A stretch of DNA of 32,000 nt from Pseudomonas aeruginosa (GCF_001457615.1 NZ_LN831024.1:360001-392000); one strand, 5' to 3'; counted from the stretch's first letter, positions 1-9,288 are shown. The notes: a model not told the origin generated them from the sequence alone. Numbers and translations are program-made.

Positions 1-839
1 GCCGGGTCGTGCCAGGTTGAGCCGCCGGGAATCGCCGGGTTGTCGGTCTGCTCGTAGCCGTCCAGGTCGCCCAGTTCCCAGTTGGTCGCCTCGATGAACA
101 ACACCGGGATGTCCATCCCGTTGAAGCTTTCGCCGTCGCTGCAGCAGCCGGTACCCGCCGGGTATTCGGCGTTCAGGCCGGGGTTGGTGAACAGCGGGAT
201 GTCCAGCTCGCGGGCGATGCGCAGGATCTGTTCGCGGTAGGCGCCGAGGGCCGGGTTGGACACGCTGTTGGAGCCGGCATGGGCGTACATCTTGTCGCCG
301 GTGACCAGGCTGTCGAGGTTGATCATTCCCAGCAGGTTGGCGCGCTGGCTGGCGTCGAGGGACTCGACGTAGGCACGCGAACCGCGCAGGCCTTCCTCCT
401 CGGCGCCGAAACCGACCACCTCGAGGCCGTTCTCCAGGGCGATGCCGCCGAGGTTGTGGGCGATCTCGGTGAGCACCGCCGCGCCCGAGGCGTTATCGTC
501 CAGGCCCTGCAGGGTCGGGCGACCGTAGTAGGTGTCGTAGTGCGCGCCGAGTACCAGGAACTTCCCGCTGCTACCGGGCGCCGAGGCGATGACGTTCTGC
601 GAACTGCGGTTGCCGGCCCAGGTGAAGTCCTGGCGACTGGTCTGGTAGCCGAAGCCCAGGCGCGACTGCATCAGTTCGCTGGCGCCGGCGAAGCTGGCGG
701 TGCCGCGATAGCGGCCCGGGTAGTCGGTGATCAGGCGCTCCAGGGTCTCCCCGGCGTATTCCCCGTATTGGTAGGCGTTGGCGCCCAACGACAGCGCGGC
801 ACATCCCAGGCCTACAGCGACAGCTAATGGTTTGAACAC
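1..839 (-). CDS. aaaA: M28-family aminopeptidase, N-terminal part (AaaA-like arginine-specific aminopeptidase/autotransporter), truncated by window start
   Basis: Reverse-strand frame from GTG at 839-837 reads VFKPLAVAVGLGCAALSLGANAYQYGEYAGETLERLITDYPGRYRG...LVLGAHYDTYYGRPTLQGLDDNASGAAVLTEIAHNLGG...EVVGFGAEEEGLRGSRAYVESL. It has a signal peptide, M28 metal-binding motifs (AHYDT, DDNASG, GAEEEGLRGS) and stays open to base 1. Position next to yegP-like and rpiA fits aaaA. Confidence 0.85.
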   Translation of the reverse strand, partial: MFKPLAVAVGLGCAALSLGANAYQYGEYAGETLERLITDYPGRYRGTASFAGASELMQSRLGFGYQTSRQDFTWAGNRSSQNVIASAPGSSGKFLVLGAHYDTYYGRPTLQGLDDNASGAAVLTEIAHNLGGIALENGLEVVGFGAEEEGLRGSRAYVESLDASQRANLLGMINLDSLVTGDKMYAHAGSNSVSNPALGAYREQILRIARELDIPLFTNPGLNAEYPAGTGCCSDGESFNGMDIPVLFIEATNWELGDLDGYEQTDNPAIPGGSTWHDP

Positions 840-1128
840 GGCACTTTCCTCTGTGTCGGTACGATGGTGCATCGAATGATGCTCGCGCCGCGGAAAGCAG
901 GATGCGGACCGTTTCATGTCCCGGTGGCACGAAGTGACGCCTGGTCGACCTGCGGTGTCGCCAGGTTGTAAGAAGCGTCGCTCCTGGCGATGGGCGGGAA
1001 GCTTCGTGCTGGACGTAGTGTTACCGGCGATGGCCGGTACTGGGGCGTGACTTCCCGTTTCGGGGCTTGGTAACCGCGAGCGGTCGATTTACAGTGCTCG
1101 CCCTGCCGATCTCCTGGATACCCGTCGC

Positions 1129-1854
1129 ATGAACATTTTCCGCGAAGCCCTGCTCAACCGTCGCCTGAAGAAGGCCCTGGCACGTCACGGTTGCCGCATG
1201 GCCAGCGGGGTCGAGACGCTGCGCGACGGCACGCAGGTGACGCTGGAGCCGAACGTGAAGCTGGGCAAGGCGAAGATCCATTCGCCGGCACTGGAGGTCG
1301 GCGCCTATACCGACGTGGTCAGCGGCTGCGAGTTCTTGGAGGTGGCCAGCATCGGCCGCTTCTGCTCGATCGCCACCGGGGTGGTGATCGGTCAGCCGCG
1401 CCGCTCGCATCCAATGCACTGGCTGAGCACCCACGCCTTCACCGCCAATCCGAAGCTGTTGCGCAAGCCGTTGCAGCCCGAGCGCGAAGCGACCCCGGCG
1501 CGGATCGGCCACGATGTATGGATCGGGCGCGACGCGCTGATCCTCGATGGGGTGGAGATCGGCACCGGCGCGGTGATCGGCGCGCAATCGCTGGTCAATC
1601 GCGACGTGCCGCCCTACGCGGTGGTGGCGGGCTCGCCGGCGCGGGTGCTCCGCTATCGCTTCGCGCCGGAGCTGATCGAGCGACTGCTGGCGAGTCGCTG
1701 GTGGGAGTTGCCGCTGGACGTGCTTGGCGAATTGCCGCTGGACGATCCGCAGGCCTGCGTCGAGGCGCTGGAGCGTCGGCCGCCGCAGGCGTGCCAGGAG
1801 GCGCGGCGCTTGCGCATCCGGCACAAGCCGTTCGCCATCGAATGGCTGTCCTGA
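1129..1854 (+). CDS. CatB/xenobiotic-acetyltransferase-like hexapeptide-repeat O-acetyltransferase
   Basis: 241-aa ORF with left-handed beta-helix repeats ([45 protein letters not shown]) and the CatB-type [11 protein letters not shown] and [19 protein letters not shown] segments. Confidence 0.8.
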   Translation: MNIFREALLNRRLKKALARHGCRMASGVETLRDGTQVTLEPNVKLGKAKIHSPALEVGAYTDVVSGCEFLEVASIGRFCSIATGVVIGQPRRSHPMHWLSTHAFTANPKLLRKPLQPEREATPARIGHDVWIGRDALILDGVEIGTGAVIGAQSLVNRDVPPYAVVAGSPARVLRYRFAPELIERLLASRWWELPLDVLGELPLDDPQACVEALERRPPQACQEARRLRIRHKPFAIEWLS

Positions 1855-1896
1855 GGCCCGCAGCCGCCGCCGGTGTCGACGGCGGCCAGGGCTGGG

Positions 1897-2229
1897 TCAG
1901 CTTTCGTCGCTGAGACCGGCTTCCGGCGCTGCGCGCTTCACCGACTGCACGCCGGCTTCGGCGTTGGCCTGGCTGGCATAGAGCTGGCTCTGGCCGACGA
2001 CCTGGCCATTGGTGGCCTTGAGCACGAAGTGGAACTTGCCGTTGTTGGCCGGCTTGACCTCGAAGGCACCGTCGCGCTGGGAGTTCTTGCGCACCGACTC
2101 GATGCCGCCGAGCGCCGAGTCCTTGGCCTTGTACAGTTCGCTGGTGAGAATGATCTCGCCGTTGGCGGCATGCAGGTTGAAGTGGAACTGGCCGTCTTTC
2201 GCTTTCTTCAGATGGAATTTGGCTGCCAT
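1897..2229 (-). CDS. YegP-like DUF1508 protein with two tandem repeats
   Basis: AAKFHLKKAKDGQFHFNLHAANGEIILTSELYKAKDSALGGIESVRKN followed by a second copy FEVKPANNGKFHFVLKATNGQVVGQSQLYASQANAEAGVQSVKR. The internal ATG at 2229 (MAAKF) is the more likely start than 2247. Confidence 0.85.
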   Translation of the reverse strand: MAAKFHLKKAKDGQFHFNLHAANGEIILTSELYKAKDSALGGIESVRKNSQRDGAFEVKPANNGKFHFVLKATNGQVVGQSQLYASQANAEAGVQSVKRAAPEAGLSDES

Positions 2230-2351
2230 GTCTAGCTCCTTGTTCACAGGGTGAGGCGGATCGCAACGGACCAGCCGTCTGCTGAGACACAGCGTAGCCG
2301 CTTTTGTTGCAGTGTCGCCCCGCTCCGGTCATCGGCCTGGGGCGAGCGGGC

Positions 2352-3023
2352 TCAGGCCTTGAGGGTCTTGACGCCGTCGGCGGTGCCGAGCAGCAGCAAG
2401 TCGGCCGGGCGGGCGGCGAACAAGCCGTTGGTGACCACGCCGACGATGGCGTTGATCTTCTCTTCCAGTTCCACCGGGCTGTCGATGCGCAGGTTGTGCA
2501 CGTCGAGGATGATATTGCCGTTGTCGGTCAGCACGCCTTCGCGGTAGACCGGATCGCCGCCGAGCTTCACCAGTTGGCGGGCGACGTGGCTGCGAGCCAT
2601 CGGGATGACCTCCACCGGCAGCGGGAACTGGCCGAGGATGGGCACCAGCTTGCTGGCATCGGCGATGCAGATGAAGGTCTTGGCCACCGCGGCGACGATC
2701 TTCTCGCGGGTCAGCGCGGCACCGCCGCCCTTGATCAGCTCCAGGCGCTCGTTGCTTTCGTCGGCGCCGTCGACGTAGAACTCCAGCTCGCTGACCGTGT
2801 TCAGCTCGTAGACCGGGATGCCATGCTCCTTCAGGCGCTTGGCGGTGGCCTCCGAACTGGCTACTGCGCCGTCGAACTCGGCCTTGTGGCGGGCCAGGGC
2901 ATCGATGAAGAAGTTGGCGGTGGAGCCTGTGCCGACGCCGACGATGCTCTTGCTGTCGAGGTGCGGAAGAATGTGGTCGACGGCGGCCTGTGCCACTGCC
3001 TGCTTGAGCTGATCCTGGTTCAT
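2352..3023 (-). CDS. rpiA: Ribose-5-phosphate isomerase A
   Basis: 223 aa; [22 protein letters not shown] and [14 protein letters not shown] motifs characteristic of RpiA. Confidence 0.97.
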   Translation of the reverse strand: MNQDQLKQAVAQAAVDHILPHLDSKSIVGVGTGSTANFFIDALARHKAEFDGAVASSEATAKRLKEHGIPVYELNTVSELEFYVDGADESNERLELIKGGGAALTREKIVAAVAKTFICIADASKLVPILGQFPLPVEVIPMARSHVARQLVKLGGDPVYREGVLTDNGNIILDVHNLRIDSPVELEEKINAIVGVVTNGLFAARPADLLLLGTADGVKTLKA

Positions 3024-3280
3024 CCCGGGTGCCTGTCTGGTTGCCTGGCCGGCCGTCCCGGCGGCGCAGGCGGAGGGTGCGCGCGGCCGGGGCGGCCCGG
3101 CGGGTTTCCGGCACGTCCTGTGCCGCTGCGATACGAAGGGACGAATTATAGCGGCCTGGCGTCCTCCGGTCTTGCCCGGATAACCGGCAGTCGCGGTGTT
3201 TTCCTGCGGCGCGCCGGTAGTCCGCCCGGCGGGCCTGGAGTAGACTCCGGGCTTCCGTGAAGTCCGCCGAACCGCCTCCG

Positions 3281-4795
3281 ATGCTCGAACAATACGTCAA
3301 GAAGATCCTCACCTCGCGCGTCTACGACGTCGCGGTGGAAACGCCCCTGCAACCCGCCCGCCAGTTGTCCGAACGCCTCGGCAACCAGGTCCTGCTCAAG
3401 CGCGAGGACCTGCAGCCGGTGTTTTCCTTCAAGATCCGCGGCGCCTACAACAAGGTCGCGCAGCTCACCGAGGAGGAGAAGGCCCGCGGGGTGATCGCCG
3501 CCTCGGCCGGCAACCACGCCCAGGGCCTGGCCCTGGCGGCCAAGCGGCAGGGGATCAGGGCGGTCATCGTGATGCCCAAGACCACCCCCGAGATCAAGGT
3601 CCAGGCGGTGCGCGCCCACGGCGCCAAGGCGGTGCTGCACGGCGACGCCTTCCCCGAGGCGCTGGCCCACGCGCTGAAGCTGGTCGACGAGAAGGGCTAC
3701 ACCTTCGTCCATCCCTACGACGATCCGGACACCATCGCCGGCCAGGGCACCGTGGCCATGGAGATCCTCCGCCAGCAGCCCGGCCGCCTCGATGCGATCT
3801 TCGTCCCGGTGGGCGGTGGCGGACTGGTCGCCGGCATCGCCGCCTACGTCAAGTACCTGCGTCCGGAGATCAAGGTGATCGGCGTCGAGCCGGACGAGTC
3901 GAACTGCCTGCAGGCGGCCATGGCCGCCGGCGAGCGGGTGGTGCTGGGCCAGGTCGGGCTGTTCGCCGACGGCGTGGCGGTGGCGCAGATCGGCCAGCAC
4001 ACCTTCGACATCTGCAAGGACCACGTCGACGAAGTGATCACCGTCAGCACCGACGAGATCTGTGCGGCGATCAAGGACATCTACGACGACACCCGCTCGA
4101 TCACCGAGCCGGCCGGCGCGCTGGCGGTGGCCGGGATCAAGAAGTACGTCGAGCGCGAGCGCGCCGAGGGGCAGACCCTGGTGGCGATCGACTCCGGCGC
4201 CAACGTCAACTTCGATCGCCTGCGGCATGTCGCCGAACGCGCCGAACTGGGCGAGCGCCGCGAAGCGATCATCGCGGTGACCATTCCCGAGCGGCCGGGC
4301 AGCTTCAAGGCCTTCTGCGAGGCGGTCGGCAAGCGCCAGATCACCGAGTTCAACTATCGCTACCACAGCGGCAGCGAGGCGCACATCTTCGTCGGCGTGC
4401 AGACCCACCCGGAGAACGACCCGCGCGAGGCGCTGGTGGCCTATCTGCGCGAGAAGGGCTTCCCGGTCCTCGACCTGACCGACAACGAACTGGCCAAGCT
4501 GCACATCCGCCACATGGTTGGCGGCCATGCGGTGAAAGTCAGCGACGAGATGGTGTTCCGCTTCGAATTCCCCGAGCGGCCCGGCGCGCTGTTCAACTTC
4601 CTCACCAAGCTCGGCGGGCGCTGGAACATCTCGATGTTCCACTACCGCAACCATGGCGCGGCCGACGGCCGGGTGGTGGCCGGGTTGCAGGTGCCGGAAG
4701 ACGAGCGCCACCTGATCCCGCAGACCCTGGAGGCGATCGGCTATCCGTACTGGGACGAGACCGCCAACCCGGCCTACCAGCTGTTCCTCGGCTGA
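3281..4795 (+). CDS. ilvA: Threonine ammonia-lyase, biosynthetic (two C-terminal ACT-like regulatory domains)
   Basis: [58 protein letters not shown] with PLP lysine [10 protein letters not shown], a glycine-rich loop ([12 protein letters not shown]) and a long C-terminal regulatory region. Confidence 0.95.
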   Translation: MLEQYVKKILTSRVYDVAVETPLQPARQLSERLGNQVLLKREDLQPVFSFKIRGAYNKVAQLTEEEKARGVIAASAGNHAQGLALAAKRQGIRAVIVMPKTTPEIKVQAVRAHGAKAVLHGDAFPEALAHALKLVDEKGYTFVHPYDDPDTIAGQGTVAMEILRQQPGRLDAIFVPVGGGGLVAGIAAYVKYLRPEIKVIGVEPDESNCLQAAMAAGERVVLGQVGLFADGVAVAQIGQHTFDICKDHVDEVITVSTDEICAAIKDIYDDTRSITEPAGALAVAGIKKYVERERAEGQTLVAIDSGANVNFDRLRHVAERAELGERREAIIAVTIPERPGSFKAFCEAVGKRQITEFNYRYHSGSEAHIFVGVQTHPENDPREALVAYLREKGFPVLDLTDNELAKLHIRHMVGGHAVKVSDEMVFRFEFPERPGALFNFLTKLGGRWNISMFHYRNHGAADGRVVAGLQVPEDERHLIPQTLEAIGYPYWDETANPAYQLFLG

Positions 4796-4870
4796 CCCGC
4801 GGCGGCTCGCCGACACGGGCTGCTAAGCTTCACGGGCAGGTGATCTCCTTCCTCGGGAACTGAGCCCGCC

Positions 4871-4893
4871 CCCGGCCCCTCAAACGGGCCGGG
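4871..4893 (+). repeat. Perfect 8-bp hairpin (CCCGGCCC-ctcaaac-GGGCCGGG) in the leader of the 4915 gene
   Basis: Inverted repeat read directly; loop of 7 nt; no following T-tract; lies 21 nt upstream of ATG 4915. Confidence 0.6.
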
Positions 4894-4914
4894 AACACGG
4901 ACAAGGATGCGCTG

Positions 4915-5382
4915 ATGGAACATTTTATCCAGATCAAGATTCTCCACGGAGTCGCCACCGTGCTGCTGTTCGGCGGCCTGCTCGGCCTGGCGTTCTACGC
5001 CTGGCGCAGCTGGCGGACGGGCGACGCGGCTCGGGTCGCGCGCGGTTTCAAGCGGGTCCGCCTGATCGGCTGGCCGCTGCTGGGGCTCAGCCTGCTGGCC
5101 CTGCCGGTCAGCGGCTGGTGGCTGGTGCACCTGGCCGGCTGGCCGTTGGGCCAGAGCTGGCTGCTGTTCGGCGCCTGCCTCTATCTGCTCGGCTGCATCT
5201 TCTGGCTGGTCCTCGCCGGCCGCCTGGCGCGGGTCCAGCACCAGGCCGGCGCCGCCGAGACGGCGGGGGCCGCGCTGGGCGAGCAGGCCCTGCGCGAGAT
5301 CAAGGTGGGCCTGGTCATGGCCCTGCTCGGTGCGGCCAGCTTCATCGCGGTGGCGGTACTGATGGTCAGCAAGCCGCTCTGA
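4915..5382 (+). CDS. DUF2269-like integral membrane protein
   Basis: 155 aa, about 4 hydrophobic segments, AAGGA-like SD upstream, ends AAVSxMVSKPL-like (...FIAVAVLMVSKPL). Similar along its length to the 6701-7168 product. Confidence 0.75.
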   Translation: MEHFIQIKILHGVATVLLFGGLLGLAFYAWRSWRTGDAARVARGFKRVRLIGWPLLGLSLLALPVSGWWLVHLAGWPLGQSWLLFGACLYLLGCIFWLVLAGRLARVQHQAGAAETAGAALGEQALREIKVGLVMALLGAASFIAVAVLMVSKPL

Positions 5383-5432
5383 AACGCCAACGAAATGGAC
5401 TTCACCGGCCTTCGCCGGTTCTGTAGGAACGC

Positions 5433-6704
5433 ATGCGTATTCTGCTGGTAGGCGCGGGAGGTTTCGTCGGGCGGCACCTGCTCCCGGCGCTGCTCGCCGC
5501 CGGACACGAACTGCTCCTCACCGCGCGCCGCCCGCCGGTCGATGCGCCTGCCGGTGTACGCTGGCTGGCGCTCGACCTGGAGCGGCTTGCGGAAAGGCCG
5601 GACAGCTTCGCCTGGCCCGCCGGGGTCGACCTGCTGATCAATGCCGCCGGCACCATGAGCCTCGACGAGGCGAGCATGGCTCGCGTCCAGGACAGCGGCG
5701 CGCGAACACTCTTCGACCTCGCTGCAGCCCATGGGGCGAAGGTCCTGCAGATTTCCGCGCTGGGCGCCGGTGCGCACCCGGACGTGGCCTTCCTCGCCAG
5801 CAAGGCGGCGGCCGACCGCCACCTGCTGGAACTGGGCATCCCGGCGCTGGTGCTGCGCCCGTCCCTGCTGCTGGGGCCGGGCGGCGCCAGCAGCGCCTGG
5901 CTGGAACGCCTGTCGCCGCTACCGCTGATTCCCTTGCTGGACAATCGCGCGCGCCTGCAACCGCTGCATGTCGAGGACCTGGTCGGCGCGGTGCTGGCCT
6001 TGCTGCGCCGCTGGCCGGAGCGGGCGCAGGTGATTCCGCTGGTGGGTCCGCAGGCGCTGACCCAGGGCGAGCTGCTGGACGAGCTGCGCCGCGCCCAGGG
6101 TTGGCCGCGCGGCCGCTATGCGGTGCCGCCCGCGGCGCTTCTCGATGCGTTGGGCGGGCTTGGCCGGCGTGCTGGCTGGCGGACACTGAGTCCATCGATG
6201 CTGAAGCTGGTGCGCCACGACAACCTGGCCGACCCGGCACTCCTCGATGCGGCCTGCGGCTATCGTTGCGCGCCGCTGGCCAGTCGCCTGCTCGGCTGGC
6301 CGCAGGCGGCACGCAGCCTGGCGGCGCTGATGCGGCCGCTGATGCTGGCGGCCCTGGTGCTGATCTGGCTGGGTACCCTGGTCGCCTGCCTGGGGCCGGG
6401 TTACGGTTGGGGCCTGCGGATCCTCGGCGAGGCCGGCATCCACGGCTGGCCGGCGAGCCTGGCGGTGATCGCCGGGGCCCTGCTCGACGGCGCGCTCGGC
6501 GTCGGCCTGCTGCTCCGCCGCTGGCGCCGGCGCGCGCTGCTGGCACAGTTCTGGCTGATGCTTGGCTACAGCCTGGCGATCAGCCTGATCCTGCCGCACT
6601 ACTGGTACGACCCCTACATGGCGGTCGGCAAGAACATCGTGCTGATGGTGGCCACGCTCTGGCTGCTGGGCGACGAACCTCGAGCCAGGGAGGCCCGTGG
6701 ATGA
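5433..6704 (+). CDS. NAD(P)-binding SDR/atypical epimerase-like protein with C-terminal DoxX-like membrane region
   Basis: 423 aa; N-terminal MRILLVGAGGFVGRHLLPALLAAGHE Rossmann motif, C-terminal run of transmembrane segments (LMLAALVLIWLGTLVACL... IVLMVATLWLLG). Confidence 0.85.
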   Translation: MRILLVGAGGFVGRHLLPALLAAGHELLLTARRPPVDAPAGVRWLALDLERLAERPDSFAWPAGVDLLINAAGTMSLDEASMARVQDSGARTLFDLAAAHGAKVLQISALGAGAHPDVAFLASKAAADRHLLELGIPALVLRPSLLLGPGGASSAWLERLSPLPLIPLLDNRARLQPLHVEDLVGAVLALLRRWPERAQVIPLVGPQALTQGELLDELRRAQGWPRGRYAVPPAALLDALGGLGRRAGWRTLSPSMLKLVRHDNLADPALLDAACGYRCAPLASRLLGWPQAARSLAALMRPLMLAALVLIWLGTLVACLGPGYGWGLRILGEAGIHGWPASLAVIAGALLDGALGVGLLLRRWRRRALLAQFWLMLGYSLAISLILPHYWYDPYMAVGKNIVLMVATLWLLGDEPRAREARG

Positions 6705-7168
6705 ACCTTTACCTGCTGCTGAAGACCCTGCATGTCCTTTCCTCGACCATTCTCTTCGGCACCGGCCTGGGGTCGGCCTACTACGCCCTGCGCGCCTGGC
6801 GCAGCGGGCAGTTGCCGGTGATCGCGGTGACCTTCCGCCACCTGGTCGCCGCCGACTGGCTGTTCATCGCCACCACAGCGGTGTTCCAGCCGCTCAGCGG
6901 CCTGGCCATGGTGCATGTCGCCGGCTGGTCGCTGGCCCAGGGCTGGTTGCTGTGGAGCCTGGGCCTCTACGTGTTCGCCGGGCTCTGCTGGCTACCGGTG
7001 GTGTGGTTGCAGATCCGCGTACGCGACATGGCCGAGGCGGCCTTGCGCGAGGCGCGGCCCATCGAACCGCTGGCGTACCGCTACATGAACGCCTGGTTCA
7101 TCCTCGGCTGGCCGGCCTTCATCGCCTTCATGGTCATCTTCTACCTGATGGTCAACAAGCCGGTCTGA
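6701..7168 (+). CDS. DUF2269-like integral membrane protein, paralog of the 4915-5382 product
   Basis: 155 aa: MNLYLLLKTLHVLSSTILFGTGLGSAYYALRAWRSG...AWFILGWPAFIAFMVIFYLMVNKPV. Start codon overlaps the preceding stop (ATGA at 6701-6704). Confidence 0.85.
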   Translation: MNLYLLLKTLHVLSSTILFGTGLGSAYYALRAWRSGQLPVIAVTFRHLVAADWLFIATTAVFQPLSGLAMVHVAGWSLAQGWLLWSLGLYVFAGLCWLPVVWLQIRVRDMAEAALREARPIEPLAYRYMNAWFILGWPAFIAFMVIFYLMVNKPV

Positions 7169-8382
7169 GAGTCCCCTCGGCGCAACCAGAGCAACGCCAG
7201 GACCAGGAGCGCCAGGGAGCCGCCCCAGTACAACCAGGCGAAGCCGCCGGGCCGCTCCAGCAGGAGGAAGGCCAGGGCCGGGCCCAGCGCGGCGCCGAGG
7301 TCCTGGACGATGGAATAGCGGGTCATGAAGCCGACCACGTCGCCGGCGCGGGCGACGTCGGCGGCGAGGGCGTCGGTCAGGGTGGTGAGGGCGGTGGCGA
7401 CCAGCATCACCAGCAGGGCGATGGCCAGCCAGGCGAGAATGGGCAGCCTGCTGGAAAGCAGGCCGAAGCCCATTGCGCCGACCAGTAGCGCAGCCACGTA
7501 GAAGCGCCGACGCCCGCGCGGGCCATCCGACCAGGCACCGAAGCGCCCGGCCAGCCAGGGCTCCCAGGACCAGCGCAGGGCCTGGATGATCCCGGAGAGG
7601 CCGGCGGCGCTGAGCGCCAGGCCGAGCAGGCTGACCTCGGTGCCGAAGCTGCGGGCGATCAGCGCGCTCAGGGTGGCGGCGAGTACGCCCTGGATCAGGA
7701 GCGCGGTGGCGAAGCCGCTGAGGATCACCAGGCCGCGCGGCGGCGGGCGCCTGGCGACGCTGGTGGCTGCCGTTGCGGCGGAGGTCCGCGCATGTCCGGC
7801 GGGATTCTCCGGCAGGTCGAAACCCTTCGCCAGCAGCGGCAGGCCGAGCAGTGCCAGGAACGCGAAGGACAGCGCCAGCGCCGGCAGGCCGAGGACCGGC
7901 ACCAGCAGCCCGCCGAGCAGCATGCCGACCAGGCTGCCCAGGCGGTAGAGGCCATTGTACAGGCCCATGGCGCGGCCGCGCTGGTGGTCGGCGGCGCAGT
8001 AGACCACCGCCGAGAGTCCGCCGATGCGGAAGAACGACCAGCCGATCCCCCACAGTCCGCGCAGCAGCACCCAGGCCAGGAAACCGCTGGCCAGGCCGTA
8101 GCCGGCGGTGCTCAGCACGCCGATGACGACCGCCAGGAGCAGGCCGGTCTTCAGTGCCAGGTGCTTGTACAGGCGGCCGATCAGCGGATTGAAGGGCAGG
8201 CGGATCAGGCGGTTGATCGACAGCAGCACGCCGACCTGCCAGAGCGCCTCCAGGCCGACCTCGTGCCAGTAGATCGGCAAGGCGATATAAAGCATCGAAT
8301 CGCCGGCCAGGCATAGCGCGGTGACCAGGGCGACGATCACGACCGGCCGCAGCGAGCCGGGAGCGGGGGCTGTGTGGGGCAT
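7141..8382 (-). CDS. Major facilitator superfamily (MFS) transporter
   Basis: 413 aa, about 12 hydrophobic segments, MFS signature-like GRLYKHLALKTGLL and GLYNGLYRLGSLVGMLLGG. Confidence 0.85.
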   Translation of the reverse strand: MPHTAPAPGSLRPVVIVALVTALCLAGDSMLYIALPIYWHEVGLEALWQVGVLLSINRLIRLPFNPLIGRLYKHLALKTGLLLAVVIGVLSTAGYGLASGFLAWVLLRGLWGIGWSFFRIGGLSAVVYCAADHQRGRAMGLYNGLYRLGSLVGMLLGGLLVPVLGLPALALSFAFLALLGLPLLAKGFDLPENPAGHARTSAATAATSVARRPPPRGLVILSGFATALLIQGVLAATLSALIARSFGTEVSLLGLALSAAGLSGIIQALRWSWEPWLAGRFGAWSDGPRGRRRFYVAALLVGAMGFGLLSSRLPILAWLAIALLVMLVATALTTLTDALAADVARAGDVVGFMTRYSIVQDLGAALGPALAFLLLERPGGFAWLYWGGSLALLVLALLWLRRGDSQTGLLTIR

Positions 8383-8431
8383 CCTGGGGCCGCCGTGGCG
8401 CCGCCCGTCGGACGGCGCGCTTGTCAGTGGG

Positions 8432-9085
8432 TCAACGCAGGGAAATGATCGGCCAGCCGCGTTTTTCCGCCTCGGCGCGCAGGCGAGGATCGGGGTCGAC
8501 GGCCACCGGCCGGCTGACCTTTTCCAGCAGCGGCAGGTCGTTCAGCGAGTCGCTATAGAAGCTGGCGCCTTCCAGGTCCAGGCCGTTCTCGTCGAGCCAG
8601 CGTTGCAGGCGCACCACCTTGCCGCCCTGGAAGCAGGGCACGTCGAAGGTCTGCCCGGTGTAGCGGCCGTCGCGCATCTCGCACTCGGTGGCGATCAGGG
8701 TCTCCACCCCGAGCCGTTCGGCGATCGGGCCGGTGACGAAGCGGTTGGTGGCGGTGATGATCACCAGCCGGTCGCCGGCGGCGCGGTGCTCGGCGAGCAG
8801 CGCCTCGCCCTTGGCCAGCACGATCGGCTCGATCACTTCCTGCATGAACTGGCGGTGCCAGGTTTCCAGCTGGGCCATCTCGGTGCGACCGAGGATCGCC
8901 TGGGTGAAGGCCTGGTAGGCAAGGACGTCGAGCTTGCCGGCGACGTAGTCGGCATAGAAGGCGTCGTTGCGCGCCTGGTATTCGGCGGCGTCGACCAGGC
9001 CGCGCTGGCACAGCCATTCGCCCCAGCTATGGTCGCTGTCGCCGGCGAGCAGGGTGTTATCGAGATCGAAAAGGGCCAGACGCAC
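8432..9085 (-). CDS. HAD-superfamily IB hydrolase (phosphoserine phosphatase-like)
   Basis: 217 aa; [25 protein letters not shown] (motif I DxDxT), ITATNRF (motif II), [14 protein letters not shown] (motif IV). Confidence 0.92.
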
Positions 9086-9288
9086 GGGGTGACTCCATCG
9101 GTTGGCGGGTGGCGGAAGGGCCGCGAGAGCCTTTTGCGAAGGCTCCCACCGGGCCTTGGGAAAGCCCCTAGCCTACCGGCTTTTGCCGGCCCTGTATCCT
9201 CCCCGCACGAGTCGCAAAGCCGCGCGTTGCCGCTATCACAAGCTTTATGGAACAATGCGGGCACATGCGATTTCGAGGATGTCCCAGC

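Noticed and set aside
3146-4816. 556-aa antisense ORF opposite ilvA
   Set aside because: Same antisense composition artefact; no recognisable motif, and ilvA is clear on the plus strand.
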